Of a DNA stretch of 64,000 bases, positions 1-13,868 are shown piece after piece. Where the stretch lies: assembly GCF_006345805.1 (NCBI RefSeq), contig NC_043006.1:74958001-75022000 (forward strand). Direction: 5' to 3'. The notes below the pieces were generated by a model. That model was not told the origin of the DNA. It was given only the letters and a program-made list of their open reading frames with translations, and made no database searches. The translations under genes and the position numbers were made by a program. How positions within the stretch are numbered: the stretch's first letter is position 1; each line of letters starts with the position of its first letter. The DNA is from Octopus sinensis (taxonomy: Eukaryota).

Positions 1-945
1 TGCATACGCCTTGTAGGTGTAGCTATATTTGCTATGTACTGTGTGACAAATCATACGCTTAATTTACAAGCGTGAAACTTCAAGTAACATTGGAGTGAAT
101 ATCAACAGTTTAGGAATATATACTTCTATACCAATATGTGTGTGTGTATATGTGTTTGTGCGTGTATGTGTGTGTGTGTGTGTATGTGTTTGTGCGTGTA
201 TGTGTGTGTGTGTGTGTGTTCCCATATATATTAATATTTTGTTTCACCTTACATTATTACAGGTTTCGTTGGTGTAGGATAAATCCACGTCATCAGATAT
301 TCAGGGCCATACATACATATATACGTATACACATATACATATATACAAATACATACATGCATACCTACACACATGCATACATACATACATACATACATCA
401 TACATACATACATACATACATACATACATACATACATACACACACACATACATATATACTTATATATTATTTGATAAACACAAAATATAAAGTAAAGGTA
501 ATTTGCCAACATAATGTGGCTATCTTGGAAAAGATGTTGTTACTGTTCATTATCCCCAGAAACATCGTTTCTAGCTAGCTATACGACACAATATCTGTAT
601 CCTTATATTTTCGAACAGGGCATTCATTATGTTGGTAAATAGTCATTGCTTTAAAGAACCGCTACTAAATATCTCTCTTTGAGAGATTTAGAAATAACAA
701 AATATAAAGATATACATGTATGCATGCACATCTGTACGTCTGTGTGAGTGTGTATATGTACAGACATACACGCATATACATGTATATATACATATATGTA
801 TATATATATATGCATGTATAACTTATAAAATAAGGGCAAAAGAAAAATTCTAATGCCAAATATGCCGAAAAAAAGACACCATTGTCAATAACCATTATAA
901 TTTATGCGTGACGAAACATGCCGATAGAAATTTCTAAAAACCGTT

Positions 946-1007
946 TATAACCGTATGGTCCCATTTCGGGGTTAATTCATAAAATTTTCCTCTCGTCAGC
1001 GATTATA
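946..1007 (-). ncRNA. Type I hammerhead ribozyme (intact core)
   Basis: Minus strand: TATAATCG CTGACGA GAGG-(17 nt)-CCCC GAAA TGGGACCA TA CGGTTATA. Stem I 8 bp (one G-U), CUGANGA and GAAA core, short stem III, AUA cleavage triplet. Stem II has one mismatch. Confidence 0.8.
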
Positions 1008-1176
1008 CGTAAGACATAAATGGAACTTACTCATACCCATGGAAAAAGCAAGCACTAGGTCCTGAGTAGACCTAAGTACCCCAAATCTATCCCAATAGAA
1101 AATCTTCACCACATTTCGGCGAGACCGTTCGATTCGATCTAGAAATTTGCATGTTGTATATATATATATATATACC

Positions 1177-2340
1177 AACAATTGAGGTAAAATTAATTAA
1201 TTATTAATCAATTTCACCAAGTATTCAGTATGCAAAGGGACCATTTAATAAGCGATTCAAATATTACATTAATAAAAGGGCTTAGTAAAATAATTACTTT
1301 GCGCATACTGAACTCATTAGAAATATAGCTAAAAAAAAAAACTTTTTTTAACTATTTCTAATACTTAAAGAAAACCCTCTCATATGTGTTTGCTCAATTC
1401 AACTCACGAAGTATGGGGAAAGACATTAAAAAATCAAATGCAAAGGTTTATTTGAGACGTACGTTTCAAGATAGTCAACTCGACATTTCTATCATCAGCT
1501 CAGAACTCCTTGTTTGGATTTGACAACACGAAAGTGGAGCATACCCTTTCGGCTTCTTTATCGCTTCTTCTGAAATCTGCTCGAAACTAACAGTGCCAGC
1601 AAACTCAATATGCAAGCGAAGAATTTCTGCTCTCCCCTTTCCACCAGCGTGGTTTAAAATCATTAAACACTATGCTTTTTTCGGTTAAAATCCGAGGCAT
1701 TAAATAGAGAGAGATGAATTATATTTCAACAATTGAGGGTAAAATTATTAATTATTAATCAAATTCACCAAGTATTCAGTATGCAAAGGGACCATTTTAA
1801 GGCGAATGCAAATATTACATTATATAAAGGGCTTAGTAAAATAAATTACTTTGCCGCATACTGAACTCATTAGAAATAGTAGCTAAAAAAAACTTTTTAA
1901 AACTATTTATGCCCCTCGGATTTTAACCGAAAAAGCATAGTGTTTACTGATTTTAACCCACGCTGGTGGAAAGGGGAGAGCAGAAATCTTCGTTGCATAT
2001 TTGAGTTTGCGGCACTGTTAGTTTCGAGCAGATCTTCAGAAGCGATAAGAAGCCGAAAGGGATGCTCCCACTTTCAGGGTTTTCAAATCCCACACGTATT
2101 CTGAGCTGAATGAAAATGTGCGAGTTGACTAATCTTGAAACGTATCGTTCTCAAATACCTTTGCATTTGATTTTTTAATGTCTTTACCCCCATGCTTTCG
2201 TGAGTTGAATTGAGCAAACACTATAATGAGAGAGGTTTTCTTTAAGTATTAGAAATAGTTTTAAAAAGTTTTTTTTTAGCTACTATTTCTAATGAGTCAG
2301 TATGCGGCAAAGTAATTTATTTTACTAAGCCCTTTTATAT
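1177..2340 (-). mobile_element. Non-coding Penelope-like (pLTR/retrozyme-like) insertion with direct and inverted repeats
   Basis: 1177-1357 is repeated directly at ~1727-1908; ~1270-1700 is repeated inverted at ~1909-2340. Degenerate hammerheads at 1449-1505 (-) and 2096-2158 (+). (TA)n on both sides. Confidence 0.7.
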
Positions 2341-2350
2341 AATATTATAT

Positions 2351-2409
<59 letters not shown>

Positions 2410-2979
2410 TGTATGTATGTATTTATTAATGTATGTATTATCTATGTATGTATGTATGTATGTATCTATCTATCTATCTTCTATCTATCTATCTATCTAT
2501 CTATCTCTCTATCTATCTATATATATATATATATATATATATACACCTATACATATAATATTTTTTCATATATGTACACTTATTTATGAGTGTGCATGAG
2601 TGTGTATGCGTGTGTTTAATACAAAAACAGTCTATATAATAGCAATACAAAATTTTCTATTATCATAAACCCAAACATATGCACAACAGAGACTACACTG
2701 ATGAGGCCAACGGCCAAAAACTTATGCTTATTTTGTTATGGATTAGATTTTGAATGGTTGTTCCAGTTGTTTAATGAACTTCATAAGACCTTGCAGCTCA
2801 TTACAGAACTGAACAACCACGCCAATAGTGAGATCTAATTATTTACACATACACACGTACATACATACATACATGCATACATATATACATGCATACACAC
2901 ACGGGGACACACGCTCATACGTATGTATGTATGTATATGTATGTATGTATGTATATATATTGTATGCACACACACACAC

Positions 2980-3015
<36 letters not shown>

Positions 3016-3216
3016 TGATATAAACGTGTAATTATATGTATTACACACCACGCACACAACACCCATGCACACACACACACACACATATCTATATATATAA
3101 TATATATATATATAATATATATATATATATAACGTGTATATATATGTATATACACACAAACACGCACACACAACACACACACACACACACATATATATAT
3201 ACAGAGGAAGAGAGAG

Positions 3217-3250
<34 letters not shown>

Positions 3251-3600
3251 GAGAGAGAGAGAAAGAGAGGCAGAATGAATTTCGAAGATTTTGCAGTCTT
3301 CTAATGAACAGTAGCTCCGCCGATGGTCATTAGAGAACTGAAATTTGTTTGTACACGCATGCATACACGATGATTGTTCCAATTTCACAGATAATTGCTG
3401 TTTCCTGATGCTTCCACGACGTCAATTACATTTCTTACTTTCCGTTTATGGTCGGCATTTCAAATCCGTTGCAGATCTGCGTGGTTTGTAGCATAGGTGA
3501 CAGAAGGATATAACTTACTGTGCGCTTCCAACTGGTTAGGTCTGCATATATTGTCATTCTTCCATCGTTAAAAGACTTTCGGTAGATGGAATGGTGAATA

Positions 3601-3825
3601 AAGGCAGCAAGCTGGCTGAACCGATAGCACGCCAGGCGGAATGCTTCGCGGTATTTCGTCTGCCTTTAACGTTCTGAGTTCAATTCTGCCGAGGTCGACT
3701 TTGCCTTTCATCCTTCGGGGTCGATTAAATAAGTACCATGTACGCACTTGGGGTCGATGTAATCGACTTAATCCTTTTGTCTGTCCTTGTTTTGCCTCTC
3801 TGTGTGCCCCTTGTGGTAGTAGAGA
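3601..3825 (+). mobile_element. tRNA-headed SINE family B
   Basis: AAGGCAGCAAGCTGG...GAGTTCAATTCTGCCGAGGTCGACTTTGCCTTTCATCC, shared with many copies in the window. Confidence 0.8.
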
Positions 3826-4453
3826 ATTGGAATGGTGAATGAAGTTGCCCTAAAGAGACATCTGTACGTCTTTTGATTATGGTGATAAATGCTTGTAAAA
3901 GAAGAGTACCATTCTCTTAGTCACCGTGTTTAGTATCCAGTAACTAGCCAAAGCGAGATGTCGGTAATCACGTGAAACAGCAGGTTTTACATCAGAATGT
4001 TCCACTTTTGAAGAATACTGAGACAACAACTAGGGGTCCCTCACTCGCGGAGGTTTTCCTGCGCACCCTGACACCAACCAACGCCCCCGCGTTTTCATAC
4101 ATACATATGTGCATATGTTTCAGTTGTAAATGGATAACCCAGCAGCAGACTAGCCTTCCTATGAAGGGGAATGTTGGCCTACTCACCGAGCCAGCGGAGA
4201 GGCATCATTCAAAAGATAAATCGTTGCAAAGTGCGTTGCGACTAGCGATGTATAACAACGTCCGATAGTCTGACAGATTACGTAATATGCATATCTATAT
4301 ATATATTATTGTGTGCGTTTGTGTGTGTATACGTTTATTATGTGTGTGGTGTATACATATACATATATGTATATATGCATATATATATATATATATTATA
4401 ATTATACATACATACGTACATACATGCATATCGATACGTTTTTGTAAACATAT

Positions 4454-4499
<46 letters not shown>

Positions 4500-4510
4500 C
4501 GCACATATAT

Positions 4511-4554
<44 letters not shown>

Positions 4555-5311
4555 TACACGCGCGCGCGCGATATAATATATAATATATTGAAGAAAGAAA
4601 ATGGAGAGAAAGAAAGATGTATGTATGAAATATTTGTATGATATAAAGATCTTGAAATTTAAAAAAATAAAATATACAAGTAAATTATAAATTGTAAAGC
4701 TCAAAAAAAAAAAAGAAAGTAAAAGATAGGAAATGCAAAAAAAAAACTGCATCTCTCCTTTCTGTTTGAGGTTTACAACTTACAATTTATTTGTATTATT
4801 ATTTTTAAAACGATTTCAACGTCTTTATATCATACAAATAAATTATTCATGCATCCATTTTTTTCTCTATTTTCTTTCCTTCAATATTTATATTATTTAT
4901 TACTACAATAATCCCTAACATATCACAGTGACTTTCTCATTCTACGATACAGATTAACCAGTGGAATTTTGGGGATTATATAATGCCTAATGTGAATCTA
5001 ACTTCCTCGAATTCACTGTATATATACGTACATATATATAATATATATAATATATATATATATCACGTGGCCGACCAGATTATCAGATGTTATTACACAT
5101 TGCTGGTGACAATGCGCTTTGCATCATTTTAGCCCTCGCTGGGTAGTCGAGAAGGCCAACATTTCCCACTCCCTGATCGAAGAGGGTACTGGAGCAACGC
5201 GAAATGAAGCGTTTAGTTCAAGAACATAACGCGCTTACCGGTCTGGGAATTGAAACCTACGATATAGCGATCTTGAGTGCCCCAGTAGGCCATGCGCCTT
5301 CACACACATGT

Positions 5312-5342
<31 letters not shown>

Positions 5343-5414
5343 ATAGTATATATATATATATATATTATATATATATATATATTAATATATATATATTATT
5401 ATATATATATATAC

Positions 5415-5740
5415 GTGGATGTGCAATGTCGCAATAGTTAGGGCAGCAGACTCGCGGTCGTAGGATCGCGGTTTCGATTCCCAGACCGGGCATTGTGAGA
5501 GTTTATTGAGCGAAAACACCTAAAGCTCCACGAGGCTCCGGCAGGGGTGGGGATGAACCCTACTGTGCTCTTTCACCACAACTTTCTCTCACTCTTTCTT
5601 CCTGTTTCTGTTGTAATTGTATTTCAAAGGGCCAGCCTTATCACACTCTGTGTCACACTGTATCTCTCCGAAAACTACGTTAAGGGTAGGTACACGTGTC
5701 TGTGGAGTGCTCAGCCACTTACGTTAATAAACGAGCTGCT
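5415..5740 (+). mobile_element. tRNA-headed SINE family C
   Basis: tRNA-like head with B box GGTTTCGATTCC; body matches the reverse complement of 16500-16880. Confidence 0.8.
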
Positions 5741-5745
5741 ACGTC

Positions 5746-5907
5746 ACTGGTGCCAAGCTGTATCAGCCTTTACCTTTCCCTTGGATAACATCAGTGGCGT
5801 AGAGAGGGGAGGCTAGAATGCGTGGGCCATGCATACCAGCCTCCCCTCTCCACATCACTGATGCCATCCAAAGGAAAGGCAAAGGCCGATACAGCTTGGC
5901 ACCAGTG
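5746..5907. repeat. ~80-bp-arm inverted repeat (hairpin)
   Basis: CACTGGTGCCAAGCTGTATC...GGGGAGGCT versus AGCCTCCCCTCT...GATACAGCTTGGCACCAGTG. Confidence 0.75.
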
Positions 5908-6015
5908 TGTATGTATATATGTATGTGCATTTGTATATATGTGTGTGTGTGTGTGTGTGCGTATGTATTTATATCTATCTATCTATCTATCTATATTATC
6001 TATCTATCTATCTAT

Positions 6016-6048
<33 letters not shown>

Positions 6049-6066
6049 ATCTATCTATCTATCTAT

Positions 6067-6110
<44 letters not shown>

Positions 6111-6773
6111 TATATATAAAGGCTTCTTCCAATGCGCCAGAGAAAAATTTGTTGCTTGTTATCAGTCGTAAGACACTTGTTGTTTTCACCGTTAATGCTT
6201 CTGTATTTCATGTTTCGTATTCCATATTGTTTTTGTGTTTTTTTATATCTGTCCCTTTTGCTGTCCTGGTGTTCGTATGCATTCGATCCTTCTTCCGGAA
6301 ATCTACGCTTCCAGCTTAGTTTTTCTAATGCTCGTTGCTTAGTTTTTTCTTGGAGGGCTGGCCGTGATCTAGTAATCTCAAGATTAATCAGCCGAAATTA
6401 CTACGATGATCCGGTTCTTGACTGAAGACTGAGGGGTTCGAATGTCCTGTCCATGTTTATTGTGTCGTCTTCTAAGAGTTATACGTTCTTGTCCATGCTG
6501 TATTTTTCTACATACCTTAATATATATATATATATATATACACATGCACATACATACACACAGGGTGTTCAGGCTAAATTTAGCAGTTTACGTCAAAGGA
6601 AATAAGAAAATAACAACACGTCTAAAAATAAAAGTATTTTTAAAAATCAAAAATTATCAACTACATTATGGCTGGGAGATAACAGTTCTATCAATGACGG
6701 CCAAAATATTTAGATATACCACGTAGTAAATTTTAGCATGAATATTACACACTGCCGGTACGTCTGTAATTTA

Positions 6774-7192
6774 AGGTGGCGAGGTGGCAGAAACGTTAGC
6801 ACGCCTGGCGAAATGCATAGCCGTATTTCGTCTGCCGTTCCGTTCTGAGTTCAAATTCCGCCGAGGTCGACTTTGCCTTTCATCCTTTCGGGGTCGATAA
6901 ATTAAGTACCAGTTACGCACTGGGGTCGATCTAATCAACTTAATCCGTTTGTCTGTCTTTGATTGTCCTCTCTGTGTTTAGCCCATTGTGCAGAGTAAAG
7001 AAATAGGTATTTCGTCTGCCGCTACGTTCTGAGTTCAAATTCCGCCGAGGTCAACTTTGATTTTCATCCTTTCGGGTTCGATTAAATAAGTACCAGTTAC
7101 GCACTGGGGTCGATATAATCGACTTGATCCGTTTGTCTGTCCTTGTTTGTCCTCTCTGTGTTTAGTCCCTTGTGGGCAGTAAAGAAATAGGT
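6774..7192 (+). mobile_element. SINE family B, head-to-tail dimer
   Basis: Full unit followed by a second unit starting at GTATTTCGTCTG; both end AGTAAAGAAATAGG. Confidence 0.85.
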
Positions 7193-7491
7193 ACGTCAGT
7201 AATTAGGTAACAGAAATAAGGGTTAAAATATGTCAAATATTCAATTCAGTAGCTATAAGCGTAACAACTGCAGTTATACATGCAATTTCGCGTTAGTAAT
7301 AAAATACAGGGTAACTGATAGTTGATGAGAATTATCGCATTATTATCTACGGTGGGGTTGAATTAGCATAACAATCGTTTACGTCTAATGTACATTGTAA
7401 ATTGATTTAGTTTACGAACGCATTGGCGGCGAACATATTTATACCTATTAGTCTTGTTGTTCTATTGAAACACACACACACACCACACACG

Positions 7492-7526
<35 letters not shown>

Positions 7527-7527
<1 letters not shown>

Positions 7528-7920
7528 CTCTTTTATTTGTTTCAGTCATTTGACTGTGGCCATACTGGGAGCACCGCCTTTAGTGGAGCTAATCGACCCC
7601 AGGACTTATTCTTTGTAAGCCTAATACTTATTCTATCGGTCACCTTTGCTGAACTACTAAGTTACGGGGACGTAAACACACCAGCATCGGTTGTCAAGCG
7701 ATGCTGGGAGACAAACAGAAGCACACACACACACATATATAAATATATATATATATATATTATATATACGACGGGCTTCTTTCAGTTTCCATCTACCAGA
7801 TCCACTCACAAGGCTTTGGTCGGCCCGAGGCTATAGTAGAAGATACTTGTCGAAGGTGCCACACAGTGGGACTGAACCCAGAACCATGTGGCTGGTAAGC
7901 AAGCTACTTACCACACAGCA
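7527..7920 (-). mobile_element. tRNA-headed SINE family A
   Basis: Reverse complement of the family A consensus, with internal TA/CA microsatellite. Confidence 0.85.
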
Positions 7921-7923
7921 ACT

Positions 7924-7983
<60 letters not shown>

Positions 7984-9525
7984 ATATGCACATATTCATA
8001 TATATATATACTTACGTTTACTGCAGAGATCCACTCTAAATAATGTTTTATACCACCTCCTACTTCGAATGAATATTATACTTCGTCTATTTACATTTTG
8101 TCTTTGAATCTAGTTTTGAGACCCATTAATATTTATAGACTGATTTTCGGAGAAATATTTTAAGATATTTATCAATAGACTAAGGTATTTTGGAGGCAAT
8201 TATAAGGGATTTAAAAGTGATATTGAATTGAGCGAAGGATATGGACGGTAAGGCATCGTAATAGCAAATGGTATTTATATGTTGATAACTAGAATCTACG
8301 ATTTAATGCTATGAGGCGTATTCTTTGATGTCTGAACGCTTTTTATATGTTAAAAAGTATACTTGATTAACTCTAAGAATTCTTTTATCTGCTGGGTCTG
8401 GAAGGAACAGGTAATGTCCATGGCGTTCTCGACTTTTGCGATTGATGTCATTGAACATTTGTTAGCCAATACCTGCGGAAAAGAAATGAGGAAGGAGGAA
8501 ATTTCAGAGAACCCAAGTTCTCGTAAGTAAGGTCTAGGCGTAGCGATCAGTGCGCGGCGTGGTAGTGGTTGGCGGGAGTGAATTCTGCAAGAATGATGAA
8601 AATATGAGAGCCTAGTGGAAAGGGTAGGCTTGAGTGGAGGTAGCATGAGCCCAAACAATTCCTTGGAGCAAAATCTATCTTGTCTACTGTAGCAGCATCT
8701 GAGGTAAAGAAAGGTCTGTAGGCCATAGCCTGGAGCCGATTAGAGCTCGATTTTATACCCATTAGTCTTGAGGCTCTATTGAAAATATATTTTCAATATT
8801 GTGAAGGTCATAAAAAGGTTTGGCTTTCTTGACGTGTAACATAAATTTTATAACTGTCTACTCCAAACATACGATCGATTTTTTTCTTCTTTTTCTTTGC
8901 AATAATTTTAACAAAACACTTCGCAAATTCCAGTATATTTTTCTCGATGCACAGCGACCTCAATCAACAGAATTATTTCTCATATATCCAGAGGATACAA
9001 CACATAACTATTATAACAATTCTGCTTACTTACCAAACAATCATAAACCATTTTAGCAGCATGATTCCAGTGTGTATTTGAGTGTTCCAATTAAGATATT
9101 TATCTTCTTTGATTCTACAGATCTCTATGATTATTAGAAGCTTTGACAAATCCATACGGTTAGAAAGAATCTGATTTTTTTAATCTTTTAAGCAAAACAA
9201 ATATGGTTGAACATCATTCTAATTCACTTTGATATTATTCTGTTCATCTAATTTGATATTAACCTAGAGATCTGCATTAAGATAAAGGCTGTCTTCGTTA
9301 CTAATTATGAAATATCTTCATTAGCAGTTTATAATGTCAGCAAATATTTAGGTTATATTATGACAGACAACCTGTCCAATCACTGACGCGCGTACAGATA
9401 AGTTTGTATTTCTTCCCTGTCGGGGTCAATATAAACAACACGCACGCACGCACGCACCCATCCACCCACTACTCAACATGCTGGTCTTGTGCCAAAATTT
9501 GGAGATCAATATTTACATTGATCTA

Positions 9526-9932
9526 GGCGCAAGGGTGGCTGTGTGGTAAGTAGCTTGTTTACCAACCACATGGTTCTGGGTTCAGTCCCACTGCTTGGCA
9601 CCTTGGCAAGTGTCTTCTACTATGGTCTGAGGCCGACCAAAGCCTTCTGAGTGGATTTGGTAGACGGAAACTGAAAGAAGCCCGTCGTATATATGTATAT
9701 ATATATGTATGTGTGTGTATATGTTTTTGTGTCTGTGTTTGTCCACCCCAACATCGCTTGACAACCGATGCTGGTGTGTTTACGTTCCCGTAACTTAGTG
9801 GTTCGGCAAAGGACCGATAGAATATGTACTAGGCTTACAAAGAATAAGTACTGGGGTCGATTTGCTCGACCAAAGGCGGTGCTCCAGCATGGCCGCGGTC
9901 AAATGACTGAAACAAGTAAAAGAGTAAATGAG
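9526..9932 (+). mobile_element. tRNA-headed SINE family A
   Basis: A box TGGCTGTGTGG, B box GGTTCAGTCC, CCTTGGCAAGTGTCTTCT body, internal microsatellite, GAAACAAGTAAAAGAG tail. Confidence 0.85.
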
Positions 9933-10244
9933 TATTTAAGGCGGCGAGCTAGCAAATCATTGGCATGCTTTCCGGCGTTTCGTCTGGCTTTACGTTCTGA
10001 GTTCAAATGCCGGAGAGGTCTGCTTTACCTTTCATCCTTTCAGGGTCGACAAAATAAGTACTAGCTGCCCAATGGGGTTAAGAGTGGGGTTTCGATGTAA
10101 TCTACTGTCCCTACCCGAAATTGCTGGCCTCGTACTAAAATTTGAAAGCAATAACGTTAAATTGAGTGCTAGTTGCGTTGTGGGGTCAATCTAATCGACT
10201 GTCCTCTCCCTTAAAATTTCGGCCCTTGTGCCTAGAGTAGAAAA

Positions 10245-10301
<57 letters not shown>

Positions 10302-10379
10302 CATCATTATTATTATTATTATCATTATTATATAGATATTGAGAATGATGTTGATAATAATGATAACCACAATGATGAT

Positions 10380-10757
10380 GAGGAGAGGAGGAGGAAAAGT
10401 AAGAGTGGGATAGGAAAAGGAGGTAGAAGATGATGGCAGGAGGAGGAAAAGGAGGAGAAGAGGAGGAGAAAAAATGAGGAGAGAAGGAAAATGAGGAGAG
10501 AAGGAAAATGAGGGGAGGAGGAAAAGGAGGAGAGGAGCAAGAAAAGGAGGAAAGGAGGAGGAAAATGAAGGGAGGAGGAGGAAAAGGAGGAGATGAAGAG
10601 GAAAATGAGGGGAGGAGAAAGAAAAGGAGAAAAGGAGGAAAATGAAGGGAGGAGAAAAACGATGGAAGGAGGAAAATGAGGGGAGGAGAAAGAAGAGGAG
10701 GAAAGGAGGAGGACAATGAGGGGGTAGGAGAAAAATGAGGAGAAGAGGATGATGAAG
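10380..10757. repeat. Purine-rich (GGA/GAA) low-complexity tract
   Basis: Almost pure G/A with recurrent GGAGGAAAATGA. Confidence 0.9.
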
Positions 10758-11199
10758 CATTACTATTACATTATTGTTACTACTATTATTGCTATTCAGT
10801 TTTTTCTGTGTTTCGTTGCATTTGCCAGATTTAGACTTCCTTCCTGTCTGTTATTCAATATATGAACCTTGCCCCCGTTCCATTAGCTACTCCGTCCATA
10901 TATCACACTCTGCAACATTTAAACATAAGCTATTTACTCTTTGCAATGACTAGTATTTTTAGATTTAAGGTCCACAAGTAATAAATTGATATCGTTTTTG
11001 TTGTTTGTTTGTTTTTTTTTTTTTGCTGTTTCCATTTTATTTCAGTTTTGTTTCCTTGTCTGTGTTTTGTGACGAGAAAGCAATTTTAAAATAGCAAAAA
11101 CCAATTTCGAAATTTGTAATATAATGTGGATTTGGTAAAATGTTGGAACAGGAACGAAGATGATATGCAATATTTTCCGAACAGGTGGTGTTTTATTTT

Positions 11200-11602
11200 G
11201 TGTGGTAAGTAGCTTGTTTACCAACCACATGGTCCCGGGTTCAGTCCCACTGCGTGGCACCTTGGGCAAGTGTCTTCTACTATAGCCTCGGGCCGACGAA
11301 AGCCTTGTGAGTGGATTTGGTAGACGGAAACTGAAAGAAGCCCATCGTATATATGTATATATATATATGCATGTGTGTGTTTGTGTGAGTGTGTTTGTCC
11401 CCCTAGCATTGCTTGACAACCGATACTGGTGTGTTTATGTCCCCGTTACTTAGCGGTTCGGCAAAAGAGACCGATAGAATAAGTACTAGGCTTACAAAAG
11501 GAAGAAGTCCCGGGGTCGAGTTGCTCGATTAAAAAAGGCGGTGCTCCAGCATGGCCGCAGTCAAATGACTGAAACAAGTAAAAGAGAAAAGAGTAAAAGA
11601 GT
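11200..11602 (+). mobile_element. SINE family A
   Basis: Matches 9526-9932. Confidence 0.85.
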
Positions 11603-11987
11603 GTAGACTGGTGTAAAAGAAGGGCAGCGCCCACAAGAGCATATACCTAGGTGGTATGGGAGTAAAGGGCGGATCACCCCAGGAACGTTTTTATAGGTGT
11701 GACACTTTTGGGTCTGCAGTATAAGCGTGTGTGGGTTTATACTCTGGGGCTGGTGTAAAACTTAAAGGCTGCACCGGGCGGCACATACTCTAGATACGCC
11801 ACTGAACGTACAGCCCTTTGCGACCTTTGTGCAGAGCCTATGAGAATAGTCGAGGTAATGATGGTAGCGGAAAGAGAATTCTAGTTGCAGCATCCACTCA
11901 CAAGGGTTTGGTGGTCCTGATGCTAAGATACAAGACACTCGTACTGTCGGGTTGAACCTGAAGCCATGCAGATGTGAAGCGATCATA

Positions 11988-12375
11988 AGAAGTTTGTTTC
12001 TCAACCACATGGTGCTGGGTTCTATCCCATTGCGTGGCACCTTGGGCGGGTGTGTCTTCTGACTCAACATCCACGTTGAGTGCGAGATAAATATTACTTT
12101 TTGGTATTGACACTGTTTCTGTCGCTATTAATTATGTATATGTGTGTATATATATCTATGTGTGCCTCTGTGTATGTGTTTGTCCTCCATCATTGCTTGA
12201 CAATGATGGTTTGTTTACGACCCTGTAACTTAGTGGTTCGGCAAACGAGAGCGATAGAATAAATACCAGCCTTTGAAAATAAGTATTAGGTTCGATTTGT
12301 TCGACTGAAATCCTTCAATGCGGTGCCCCAGCATGGCCGCAGTTGAATGACTGAAACAAGTAAAATAATAAAAAG
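11988..12375 (+). mobile_element. SINE family A, diverged copy
   Basis: AACCACATGG...CACCTTGGGC head and CCAGCATGGCCGCAG...GAAACAAGTAAAA tail. Confidence 0.7.
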
Positions 12376-12417
12376 ATAAGGATTATTAACCACACCCCCA
12401 TCTTTCCTCTTATACTC

Positions 12418-12866
12418 GCAGTGCTGGGCTCAACATCTCTGGATAGGCTCTGAGAAGCCATCGGGAAACCATACAGTGTATTGTTTCTTGAATCAGTGAA
12501 AAGTGACTCAAGTCTTCTGGAGCTGCATTGCTGGGCTCAACATCTCTGGATAGGCTCTGAGAAGCCATCGGGAAACCATACAGTGTATTGTTTCTTGAAT
12601 CAGTGAAAAGTGACTCAAGTCTTCTGGAGCTGCATTGCTGGGCTCAACATCTCTGGATAGGCTCTGAGAAGCCATCGGGAAACCATACAGTGTATTGTTT
12701 CTTGAATCAGTGAAAAGTGACTCAAGTCTTCTGGAGCTGCATTGCTGGGCTCAAAATCTCTGTATAGGCTCTGAGAAGCCATCGGGAAACCATCCAGTGT
12801 ATTCTTTCTTGAATCAGTGAAAAGTGACTCAAGTCTACTGGAGCTGCAGTGCTGGACTCAAAATCT
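12418..12866. repeat. 107-bp minisatellite, ~4.2 near-identical copies
   Basis: Units start at 12418, 12525, 12632, 12739 and 12846 (GCA[G/T]TGCTGG...). Confidence 0.95.
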
Positions 12867-13468
12867 TTCTGTTGGCTTCGTAACTATGTACATTTTTTTC
12901 TAAAAATTATCAGCTGCATTATTTTTAATAAATGATTTGTACATAACTGTTCTCATGTATTTTATTTGATTTTCAACTTCAGTATGTCATCACTTTTTAT
13001 TTTTACTTTAATGCTTTTAAATGTGTTCACTGGGACTGACGTAAAGTCGGGTAAGTCAAATAAAGTTGAGATTTATTTCTCCAATACTTTCTTTGAAAAG
13101 CTAAACGGCATAAAGCCAAATAATAGGCGTAACTCGAAACGATGAATATAAGTTGAGGTATGTATGCCTGTGATAGGTAAAATTCTATTCAAATTAAGTA
13201 CATAACTCTACTTTCTATAAACATATTAAACTTGACCAAGTTCCGAAGAGAAAAGAAATCAATATATTTTGCATATATGCTAATGTTTATGTGTGAATCA
13301 GAACAAAATCTGAATTTCAGACAAAAGAATACGTTGACTTCTTTCAAGAATGATCTGCCGACTAGCTGGTCACCTCTGCTGCATAATTTTAAATATTTTT
13401 AATCTATATAATTTTTAAAAATTTAAATAGGCTGACGTGTAAAGTAAATTTTACAATATTTAAACAAA

Positions 13469-13868
13469 AAGGCGGCGAGCTGGTAGAAACGTTAGCACGC
13501 CGGGCGAAATGCGTAGCCGTATTTCGTCTGCCGCTACGTTCTGAGTTCAAATTCCGCCGAGGTTGAGTTTGCCTTTCATCCTTTCGAGGTCGATAAATTA
13601 AGTACCAGTTATGCACTGGGGTCGCTGTAATCGACTTAATCCGTTTGTCTGTCCTTGTTTGTCCTCTCTGTGTTTAGCCCCTTGTGGGTAGTAAAGAAAT
13701 AGATATTTTGTCCGCGGCTACGTTCTGAGTACAAATTCCGCCGAGGTCGACTTTGCCTTTTATCCTTTTGGAGTCGATAAATTAAGTACCAGTTGCGTCC
13801 TGGGGTCAATCTAATCGACTGACTCCTTCCCTCAAAATTTCGGGCCTTGTGCCGAGATTAGTAAATAA
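13469..13868 (+). mobile_element. SINE family B dimer
   Basis: AAGGCGGCGAGCTGG head followed by a second 5'-truncated unit. Confidence 0.85.

Noticed and set aside
2693-2730. CTGATGA GGCC-AAC-GGCC AAAAAC as an active hammerhead
   Set aside because: G12 is replaced by A and there is no stem I or III partner; at most a fossil
8010-9380. Possible decayed LINE or gene ORFs
   Set aside because: No recognisable motif in the translations
12418-12866. CRISPR-like array
   Set aside because: Contiguous near-identical units with no unique spacers, no cas genes, eukaryotic context
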